From: a virus | Lineage: Duplodnaviria; Caudoviricetes | IMG/VR virus record: IMGVR_UViG_3300021387_000075 | DNA length: 64,000 nucleotides | Direction: 5' to 3' (one strand) | Shown here: piece by piece, positions 47,634-55,619 of the stretch | How the letters are laid out: every line of letters begins with the position of its first letter | Position numbering within the stretch: position 1 is the first letter of the stretch | Notes under the pieces: model-generated | What the model was told of the DNA's origin: nothing | What the model saw: only the letters and a program-made list of their open reading frames with translations | Databases searched by the model: none | Position numbers and translations under genes: made by a program

Positions 47634-47744
47634 GGTAAGTTTCCTTTCTGGTTTGGGAGGTGTCCTTCCTCTTTGTGTATTCATTATATCACTTTCGTGA
47701 TCTAATGTCAAGGGTTTCGGGAAAATTTTTTTTGATATTACGTT

Positions 47745-47835
47745 CGGGAAAGTCGCCACTTGCGCCTGTGGGATTGGGGGATCAGTCCCGACCTTCCCGT
47801 TCTTTCAGAGGGTGATCCGCTCTCCCTCTGACATT
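47745..47835 (-). ncRNA. candidate ncRNA (hairpin + 3-way junction)
   Basis: Own promoter; UCAGAGGG/CCCUCUGA and CGGGAAGGUCG/CGACUUUCCCG. Confidence 0.5.
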
Positions 47836-47899
47836 GTCATTGTATCACACCCCGTGGGGTTTGTCAAGGGGATTTTCAAATTTCTTTGAAAATTTGTTT

Positions 47900-47958
47900 C
47901 GTTACCGTGTGTCCGCAAACAGGAGTGCCTTTCGGCTTATCTCCTGTCCCCTTGGAAC
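47900..47958 (-). ncRNA. candidate ncRNA
   Basis: Own promoter; ACAGGAG/CUCCUGU with GCC-GAAA-GGC; 5' end resembles the 45872 unit. Confidence 0.45.
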
Positions 47959-48055
47959 GATATAAGTATATCACAGATTTCATATTGAGTCAAGCATTTT
48001 AGGAAAAAAAGATTGATAACTTTTTCACAAAGTCGGGCCGGCGCGCAGAAGGAAA

Positions 48056-48283
48056 TTAGATTTCCTTTGCGTAATACACCAGACTCATACCAGTTTCGGG
48101 AGAACAGTTGTAATAATGAATCGCATTACACATCTGCTCGAAGGAAACGGAATTGTCTTCGGGCTTTTCAATCCATCCTGCCAAAGAGCTTGCGGTGTTA
48201 ATACGGTTCGGGAGAACCATAATTTCTTTTCCTTCGTTATAGAGCTTTCGGGCCATACCTTTCGTGATTTTAATCATGATCAT
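48056..48283 (-). CDS. hypothetical protein
   Basis: RBS AAAGGAG within cassette. Confidence 0.65.
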   Translation of the reverse strand: MIMIKITKGMARKLYNEGKEIMVLPNRINTASSLAGWIEKPEDNSVSFEQMCNAIHYYNCSPETGMSLVYYAKEI

Positions 48284-48481
48284 TCTCTCCTTTCAATTCG
48301 TTGAGAAACTTTTCCAAATTCCACTCTTCATTCTTCATTCGCTGAAGGATTTCCTGATTCTCCAGAAGTAGTTCATCAATCGTCATCGCGCACCCTCACT
48401 TTCTGAATGTATTATATAATAGAATTATAGAAAAGTCAAGTAGAAAATTATTACAAAATTGTTAATTTGCGCCGGCGCGCC

Positions 48482-49134
48482 TTAGCGGTCGCGCTCCGCA
48501 TAAGCGTCTAAGAAGGTTTGAACGTATGCTGATGCCTTATAACCGCTTTCCAATAACTCACAATAATGGTCGTCTTCACGCACAATGTTTTCTAACTCTT
48601 CACAAATGTCATCGAGCAAAGATCGCACCGCTTCGATCTTATCAAGTGCGCGGTTATCAATACGTATTGACTTTGAGACTTCTACCAGTGACATTTTTAT
48701 TTCTCCTTTCACATTACATCATACATTTTAAGAATACGCTCAACCTTCGGAACATCCTGCGCCCGACATGTTACCACAAAGCGGATAGTATCGGATTGCC
48801 GATTGATCTTGAAGTCTCCAACGCTACATCCGACCCGCTCGATAACCACGTTCATAATGTGGTGCCCTACCCGATTGCGAGGAACATAATAAATGCGTGT
48901 AACCATCATTCATCACTCCTTTTAGTGTCATTAATCCCATTCTCTTCCAATGTTTGAAGCGAGAAACCTGTTTTCATATTTGACATCAACAGAGAAGTTA
49001 TATCCACCTTCAGTAATAGCCTGCTGATGGCGCTTCTCTAAATCTGCTTTACTATCACAATAGTAAGCATGGCTTTTTTGATATTCATCATCAAATGGGT
49101 CATCAGTAACCCAATTTAGTTTATAGCGAGTCAT
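48482..49134 (-). other. three small co-transcribed genes (48482-48694, 48709-48909, 48931-49134)
   Basis: Each has an RBS; one cassette between GCCGGC at 48471 and 49377. Confidence 0.65.
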
Positions 49135-49386
49135 TCATCAAATTCCTTTCCCTTGTGTTTCGGTTTCTTAAACCGCTTGTCGGGGATAATGCGAGTGACG
49201 CAATACCCCTGTGGAAACTCTTTACGCTCGGACTGGAAGACTTCCACCCAAGTTTTCGGTTGCTGTTTCTTCGTGCGCTTACTCATCGTCTCACATCTCC
49301 TTTCGACATTGTTATTATAACAAATTGTGTGTTACAAGTCAATAGCCAAATTGTTACAATTCTGTTAAATTGGCGGGCCGGCACGG

Positions 49387-49623
49387 TTACTCCCGTGCCA
49401 TTACTTCCTCATAGTCAAGGCCTAACCATTCACACACAATTTCAAAGTCAAAGCGCATGAAGTCGTTAATCTCCTCAACGGACCACGGTTCATCGCCATT
49501 CCTGACTTCTTCCATCATGCTTTCAAGAACATCCAATTCCTCAGAGGTAAGCTTAGCGGCATTAGTTGCGGCCGCGCTCCAAAAGTCAAAGTCCCTCAGA
49601 CTCTTTTCAATCGTCATTGTCAT
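49387..49623 (-). CDS. acidic small protein
   Basis: FDFWSAA..LTSEELD..INDFMRF; RBS. Confidence 0.7.
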   Translation of the reverse strand: MTMTIEKSLRDFDFWSAAATNAAKLTSEELDVLESMMEEVRNGDEPWSVEEINDFMRFDFEIVCEWLGLDYEEVMARE

Positions 49624-49889
49624 GATACATACTTCCTTTCATTAATTCTCATCAAAGGCTATACCGAAACCGCCGAGAACAAGGCCAGGGACACAGCCCC
49701 AAAGCCATTGATTCCCCATAAAGAAACCGACCAGAAAGAAGAAACCAGTGAGGAACAACCCGAAACCGCAAGCAACCTTTTCCATAAGCTCCCCTCCTTT
49801 GATATATAAAGTATATCATAATTTTAAAAAAATGTCAAGCATAAAATTTGGGCCGGCCCGTGTTAGCCGAGACTAACAGAGGATCCGAA

Positions 49890-50123
49890 AAAAAGCCACC
49901 CATTCGGGTGGCGATGGGGATGGTCTTCACGAGATGAATCCCTGCCTCTTTCAGATCCCCGCAGGTGCTGCCTCGACATTTGAACCCTTTCGGATCCCAG
50001 TGCTCGCCACACTGTATACCGCACCATCTCGCTCTTTCGGCGTGCGGTTGGTTCATCGGGAATGGTCTTACTGACTCTCGTGGGTCTCACCCGCTTTGGG
50101 CTTTGCCTTCCCTCACCCTGTGC
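49890..50123 (-). ncRNA. candidate ~235-nt highly structured ncRNA
   Basis: TTGACA(50151-56)-N17-TATAAT(50128-33); several GAAA-capped stems; terminator at 49888-49912. Confidence 0.6.
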
Positions 50124-50177
50124 CTGTATTATATCACAGGCGGTCGGTCGTGTCAAGTACTTTTTGAAACTTTTTTT

Positions 50178-50290
50178 GAGGCTGAGCGCTCTCCGAAATA
50201 GCGGGCGCTCATTTGATGGTCTTATGCGGTCTACCTGTGACCTTGGCAGTCTCACTCTGGTTTCTCACAGCGAGCCTTCCGCCAACCTCG
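50178..50290 (-). ncRNA. candidate multibranch ncRNA (~110 nt)
   Basis: Consensus promoter 50296-50324; GAGGUUG/CAGCCUC closing stem and three arms. Confidence 0.55.
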
Positions 50291-50344
50291 GGGCTATTAT
50301 ATCACGGTCGGTCGTGCTTGTCAAGGGGTTTCCGAAACTTTTTT

Positions 50345-50455
50345 TCGGAGAGTGCGGTGGGGTTGAGGACATTCCGAGTCTCGCCATACTGTCTCGGAAC
50401 TTAGTTTTTTACATGGTCCCTCGGTCCACCGCTGGAAGGGTTTCCCCTCCTGACA
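50345..50455 (-). ncRNA. candidate long-hairpin ncRNA
   Basis: Own promoter; nested GCGGUGG/CCACCGC and UUCCGAG/CUCGGAA stems. Confidence 0.5.
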
Positions 50456-50568
50456 TGATTATAATACCACAAGAGGGGAGAAAAGTCAATTACGAAAGTC
50501 TAAACTAATTGTCATACTTTCGTAACATTTTCGGGCCGGCTCGGCCCACCCGATGGGTGGGCTTTTGC

Positions 50569-50853
50569 TTATTCTTCGGGCATGAATCCCGCATAATGGG
50601 CGACAACAATTTCATCATCATAGATCGATTCGGTTTCCATATCGTCCATCAGCAGAGCGCCAATGTCTCCAATGAACCAGTCTTCGATTCCTTCCATTAC
50701 CCACAGGTCTTGGTTACAATCTTCGAAGATAACCAGATCGTTTTCATAGTCCAGATCAGTAACTACGCCAACAGCGGGATACACATCAGCGCAGGCGCTT
50801 ACAGCAGTCAGCAGGGCAATCAGGGTCAGGGTCAGTGCAATCAGCTTCTTCAT
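50569..50853 (-). CDS. secreted acidic small protein, paralog 1
   Basis: Signal peptide; similar to 53665-53949. Confidence 0.75.
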   Translation of the reverse strand: MKKLIALTLTLIALLTAVSACADVYPAVGVVTDLDYENDLVIFEDCNQDLWVMEGIEDWFIGDIGALLMDDMETESIYDDEIVVAHYAGFMPEE

Positions 50854-50951
50854 TTCGGTTTACCTTCCTTTCTTTTCCCTCTTGGGATGGCTTCATTATA
50901 TCACAGCTTCGCTCAGCTGTCAAGCCCTTTTTTCGGGGCTGGCTGGGCTTT

Positions 50952-51395
50952 TTAGCCCAGCCGAGCCAGCGTCCGCTCGTTGGTGAGCTCAGCCCCATCG
51001 AGCTTGACCTGAATCTCAACCCCGTCCACCCGGATGTCGCCAGCTACCCAGAAGGGGACGCTGTCCTTGACCCAGGTCTCGGAGGTCCAGCGCTCGGTCA
51101 GCTCCCGCTCGAAGTTTTCGCCCTTGTTGTGGTCGGGGTCAGCGGTCAGCAGGTTCTCGGATCCCAGCAGCTCCGCCGTGGCGCTCAGCTCAGCACGGTC
51201 CTTGGCGGTCAGCTTGATCCGGATCTTGGCGAACCCGCCCCGCTTGGAGCTGGCCCGGTCCAGCTTGAAGAAACGGCTCAGCTCCTCAAAGCTCATACGC
51301 TGGGCGTAAAGGTTGCCGTTGGCTACAAAGCCCAGAGCGTAAGTGTGGGCGCCCGCCCGCTCGTTGTACTTGGTCATCATTTCGGTCATCGTCAT
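50952..51395 (-). CDS. PD-(D/E)xK/Mrr-like fold protein, paralog 1
   Basis: GENFE..GDI..IQVK. Confidence 0.6.
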   Translation of the reverse strand: MTMTEMMTKYNERAGAHTYALGFVANGNLYAQRMSFEELSRFFKLDRASSKRGGFAKIRIKLTAKDRAELSATAELLGSENLLTADPDHNKGENFERELTERWTSETWVKDSVPFWVAGDIRVDGVEIQVKLDGAELTNERTLARLG

Positions 51396-51689
51396 CGTGG
51401 TCAACCCCTTTCCTTTACTGTACCTGTATTTTACACCATAAAGCCGGAGTTGTCAACCCCTTTTTGAAAAAAAGTTATTACAATTTTCTTAACTAATTGC
51501 CCGCCGGCTGTAACAATTTGTTTAGACTTTTGTAACAATTTTCCTCTTGACAGCGCGCCTTCGGCGTGCTAAAATGTTAGTGGTGGAAGAGGGGCCTTTT
51601 ATATATACTTTAGTATGCTAAAGCGGTGCCCGGGCCGGTCCAGTTACTTTCGTGCTTTAGCGTGCTAAAGTGTGGCCGGGCCGGCAAGT

Positions 51690-51770
51690 TTGACTTTCTT
51701 TGACTTTCAGAAAAGATAGGCAGGTTCGCCGTGGGTCCCAGTCTTCTTTTGCCTCCCCTGATCTGATTAT
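51690..51770 (-). ncRNA. candidate ncRNA, paralog of 54590-54645
   Basis: Own promoter; shared GCAAAAGAAG-N4-GGACCNACGGC core. Confidence 0.45.
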
Positions 51771-51889
51771 ATTATAACAGACCCGGGTCGGGATGTCAAC
51801 CCCTTTTTGAAAAATTTTTTTTACTATTTTTAGGGCCGGTCGGATCCCTGCGCTGATCCCGTCTGCCGGATCGATCCGAGGGTAAAAAA

Positions 51890-51965
51890 AATAAGGCTGT
51901 TTTTTCTGGTGGGCCACCTCTTGCCTTTCGGCGCCCTTTAGGAGTTGCCTTATCTCTCCCACTGA
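51890..51965 (-). ncRNA. candidate ncRNA
   Basis: Own promoter; AUAAGGC/GCCUUAU closing stem, GCC-GAAA-GGC, U-tract. Confidence 0.45.
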
Positions 51966-52100
51966 TGATATGATATCATAAGTGGGTGAAAATGTCAACC
52001 CTTTTTTGAAAATTTTTTTCAAAAAAAAGTTTCGCCGGAGGGGTTGACAATTCCATATAAATGTGGTATATTATAGTCACAGAAAGGGAGGTGCTACCGA

Positions 52101-52529
52101 ATGAGGATTTGGTTCGACATGGACGGAACAATCGCTGATCTGTATGCGGTGAATGGATGGCTCGATGATATTATCGCCGAAAATACCCGCCCGTATGAGT
52201 GCGCTAAGGTGCTCCACAATATGGCTCATCTGGCGCGGTTGCTGAATAAAGCCCAGAAAAACGGTCACGAAATTGGGATCATCTCATGGACGGCGAAAAA
52301 CGGCAAGCCCGAATACAATCGGGCGGTTGAGATGGCAAAAAAGGCTTGGCTGAGAAAGCATCTTCCTTCTGTTCATTGGAATGAGATTAAGGTTGTCGAA
52401 TATGGTACCAATAAGTACAACGCCTGCGGTGGTGGTATCCTGTTTGACGATGAGGAGGAAAACCGTGAAACCTGGGGCAAGGGCGCTCATGAACCGAAAG
52501 AAATTATAGAAATTTTGAAAAAGATTTGA
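52101..52529 (+). CDS. HAD-family nucleotidase-like, paralog 2
   Basis: DMDGTIADLY..LFDD; similar to 45969-46406. Confidence 0.85.
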   Translation: MRIWFDMDGTIADLYAVNGWLDDIIAENTRPYECAKVLHNMAHLARLLNKAQKNGHEIGIISWTAKNGKPEYNRAVEMAKKAWLRKHLPSVHWNEIKVVEYGTNKYNACGGGILFDDEEENRETWGKGAHEPKEIIEILKKI

Positions 52530-52594
52530 AAAAGGGGTTGACACCCGGCGCAATCTGTGATACACTTATATCATCAAAGAGGGAGGTTAAGGCA

Positions 52595-52723
52595 ATGACT
52601 TACAAGGTGCGAGAGCTGGTAAATGGGCGGTTCGGGGTTTATGAGTGCTCTGAGTGGCGGGAGACTCTGGTAAAGACCTTCAAAACCCGTCAGAGTGCGG
52701 AAAAGTGGATCAGCAAGCGCTGA
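52595..52723 (+). CDS. 42-aa protein, paralog 1
   Basis: Promoter and RBS; MTYKVRELVNGRFGVY..KTFKTRQSAEKW. Confidence 0.7.
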   Translation: MTYKVRELVNGRFGVYECSEWRETLVKTFKTRQSAEKWISKR

Positions 52724-53520
52724 TCCACCCGCCGAAAACTTTTTTCAAAAAAGTTTGAAAAAAGGGTTGACAAATCCGGCAAAATGATATATACTTATAT
52801 CATCAAGAGGGGGAAACCCCAGAAAGGCGGTACCAAATGAAGTACGTTGAGAACACCATGGAAGCCCTGATTGAGAAGGCCCTGCGGGAGATGGAAGAGA
52901 AGGGCGAAAAGCTCCCCGAGATCCGGTACGACGAAGGGCGCTAAGCCCTTCGGCCGGATCGGGCCGGTTATATGATACAAAAATGCTGTTTTTTTGTTAG
53001 CCATGGCTAACAAGTACTCGCACTCTCCCCTGTCCCTCCCCTCGGTGCAATTGTATTATAGCATACCGGCCCGAGATTGTCAACACTTTTTTCAAAAAAA
53101 ATTAAGCCGTGATCCTTAGTGGATCACGGCCACCACGATTCCCGTGGTATCGGTTTCAAGGTGGATCACCTCATCCCAGAGGTCGCGCGCCTCGATCCAT
53201 CTAATGGCCTCGCGGATATCGGTTCCGATTACTTTATCGCTCTCATGCATTGCTTCTCGCTCCCTTCTTTTGATAGTTATATTATAGCATAAAGTTGAAA
53301 AAAGTCAAGACTTTTTTATAATGGAAAAAGCCCTTTTTCTTTTGATCCGGGACTTTAGCAAACTAAAGTATCGGACCGGGCCGGCTACATTAACGTTAAT
53401 GTAACTGGGATCCCGGGCATTAACGTTAATGTAAAAAAGTAAAATAAAATTGAAAAAAGGTGTTGACAGACCGGACGAAAGGTGATATACTTATATCATC
53501 AAAGAGAGGAGGACACCGAG

Positions 53521-53610
53521 ATGATGGACTGGTACATGAACCCCGAGATTCACGAAGAAGACTACGAAGAGCTGATGGCTCTTCTGGCCGAGGAGGAAGA
53601 GGAGGATTGA
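53521..53610 (+). CDS. 29-aa acidic peptide
   Basis: Promoter, RBS AGGAGG; MMDWYMNPEIHEEDYEELMALLAEEEEED. Confidence 0.55.
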   Translation: MMDWYMNPEIHEEDYEELMALLAEEEEED

Positions 53611-53664
53611 CTCCTCTTCTTCCCCCTGAGAAGGACTTGACAGATAACGAAGGAGGACAAGACA

Positions 53665-53949
53665 ATGAAGAAGGCAATGATGATTCTGGTGGCGCTGATC
53701 CTGACGATGGTGGCTTTAACCGCAAGCGCTGAGATTTATCCCAAGACCGCTAAGGTGATCGAGGTAAATTATGATGAAGATCTGGTTACTATTGAGACCT
53801 GTACAGGAATAACCTACACTTTCGAAGGATGCGAAGATTGGGTTGAAGGTGATGGCGTTTCCCTGATAATGGAAGACAACGGAACAGAGTCAATTCTTGA
53901 CGATTGTATCCTAATGGCTGAATATACTGGATGGACTCTTGAACACTAA
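53665..53949 (+). CDS. secreted acidic small protein, paralog 2
   Basis: Signal peptide; YP..V..YDEDLV..G.EDW..GD..LIMEDN.TESI.DD. Confidence 0.75.
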   Translation: MKKAMMILVALILTMVALTASAEIYPKTAKVIEVNYDEDLVTIETCTGITYTFEGCEDWVEGDGVSLIMEDNGTESILDDCILMAEYTGWTLEH

Positions 53950-54109
53950 GGGCCAAAGGCCCTTTTCTTTATGTGTATGTGTTACCTATGACTAACAAGG
54001 CCGGCACATTAACGTTAATGTAAAAAGCTCACTTTTTTTCATTTACCCTATTGACTTTTTTCGCTTTATCGTATATACTTATATCATCAAAGGACGGAGG
54101 TACGAGAGA

Positions 54110-54238
54110 ATGACTTACAGAATTTATGAACTGGCTAACGGACGGTTTGGAGTATATCAGATGACCGAGTCCCTGATGGTGCTGGTGAAAACCTTCAAGA
54201 CTCGGAAGAGCGCCGAAGGATGGGTTAGCAAGCGCTGA
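54110..54238 (+). CDS. 42-aa protein, paralog 2
   Basis: MTYRIYELANGRFGVY..KTFKTRKSAEGWVSKR. Confidence 0.7.
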   Translation: MTYRIYELANGRFGVYQMTESLMVLVKTFKTRKSAEGWVSKR

Positions 54239-54589
54239 CCCATCCCGAAAAAAAGTTGTTGACAAACCCGGCAAGATGTGATACTATATAGTCACAGGGA
54301 GGAACCCTGAAACGAAAGGAGACCGAAAAATGTACGAGATCATCAACCTGACCACCAAGGCCACCGAGGGAATCTTTGCCACCTATGAAAGCGCTGTGAA
54401 TTGGGTCAAGGCCCACGGCGACGCCAAGAACTTCCGGATCCTTCCGTGGTGATCCGGAAGCCGATCCGGCGCACAGTACTAACTAAGCCGGCTGGACCGG
54501 CCCTAACATTAACATTAACGTTAATGTAAAAAGTTGATTTTTTTTAAAAAAAGGGCTTGCATTTTTCCCTAACTTGTGATAATATAAAG

Positions 54590-54645
54590 ACAGATGGGAG
54601 GAAGCAAAAGAAGGTCCGGACCAACGGCAGAAGACCCCTTTTTTA
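54590..54645 (+). ncRNA. candidate ncRNA, paralog of 51690-51770
   Basis: Promoter-like region upstream, U-tract end, shared core. Confidence 0.4.
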
Positions 54646-54776
54646 AGATGTCGGATCCGGTACCAAAATTCACATCAAAAAAATTCAAAAAAAGTGTTGA
54701 CAAACCGGAATATATGAGTATAATAGTGTATGTAAGGAAGAGGTACGGAAAGTACCTGATGAAGGAGGAAGAAACA

Positions 54777-54995
54777 ATGGAAATTATCGAAATGCTGGAC
54801 AACTACGGATTCATCACTGTTGACGGTCTGGAAATCACCGTGGCGGACTTTGTCGGATTCGATGATGACTGGTCTGAAATCTACGATGAAGAGTATGAAG
54901 CGCTTGATGATGATGATCTGGATACCCTGTATATGATTCTGGAAGATCTGGAAGCGCTGGGCTACACCATCCACTGGACTCATGAGGATATCTAA
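54777..54995 (+). CDS. extremely acidic 72-aa protein with no Lys/Arg
   Basis: Consensus promoter, RBS AGGAGG, composition. Confidence 0.7.
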   Translation: MEIIEMLDNYGFITVDGLEITVADFVGFDDDWSEIYDEEYEALDDDDLDTLYMILEDLEALGYTIHWTHEDI

Positions 54996-55147
54996 TCCTC
55001 ATGAGCCCCCGGTACTTTCACTTACTAAAGTGTCCCGATCCGGAGAACAGCGGTAAAATTTTTCAAAGAAATTTCAAAAAAAGGGTTGACAAACCGGCAC
55101 AAAGGCGTTATAATCTATCTGTAAGATGAATCAAGGAGGTAACCACC

Positions 55148-55597
55148 ATGACCGCTGAAATGATGAAAATCCTGTACAACGCCCTCTCCGCTTCTCACCT
55201 CTACATCCTCGGGTTCATGGTTCAGAATGTTCTGTATTACACCATGATGGACTTCGAAAAGCTCGCCGGGTTCATGAAGATGGACAGAATGAGCACCGCA
55301 AAAGGTGGATGGGCAAAGCTCCGGATAAAGCTCACCACCGCACAGAAGGCCGAACTGCTCAAGATCGCCACAAGGTGCGGAACGGTGGAAGATCTCACCG
55401 CAATGGAGAAGTACAACAAAGGTGAGAACTTCGAAAGGATTATCACCGAACTTCTCACCGGGGAAAGATGGGTAAAGGATAGCGTCCCCTTCAATGTGGC
55501 CGGAGACATTGTCCTAAACGGTGAGAACGTACAGATAAAGTTTGACGGCGCAGAGATAACGAATGAACGGTTACTAACAAAGCTCACCGCAAGGTGA
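55148..55597 (+). CDS. PD-(D/E)xK/Mrr-like fold protein, paralog 2
   Basis: GENFE..GDI..VQIK; similar to 50952-51395. Confidence 0.6.
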   Translation: MTAEMMKILYNALSASHLYILGFMVQNVLYYTMMDFEKLAGFMKMDRMSTAKGGWAKLRIKLTTAQKAELLKIATRCGTVEDLTAMEKYNKGENFERIITELLTGERWVKDSVPFNVAGDIVLNGENVQIKFDGAEITNERLLTKLTAR

Positions 55598-55619
55598 GTT
55601 TTCTTTATGCCCATTATAT

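Larger units (their letters stand above)
36278..55600. other. early/host-takeover-like array of autonomous sigma-A promoter cassettes punctuated by GCCGGC
   Basis: About 45-50 TTGAC-N17-TATAAT-like promoters by eye, 28 GCCGGC sites, small genes and ncRNA candidates. Confidence 0.85.

Noticed and set aside
49835-50255. Minus-strand ORFs over the ncRNA candidates
   Set aside because: They cross promoters, the terminator or the GCCGGC junction and lack an RBS
50178-50290. Suppressor tRNA
   Set aside because: It has a 7-bp closing stem but no recognisable D loop, T loop or CUA anticodon arm; no tRNA was identified in the window
37954-53996. GTTAGC/GCTAAC palindromes as integron attC sites
   Set aside because: attC runs RYYYAAC...GTTRRRY over at least ~55 bp; these are 16 bp in the opposite order, and no IntI is visible
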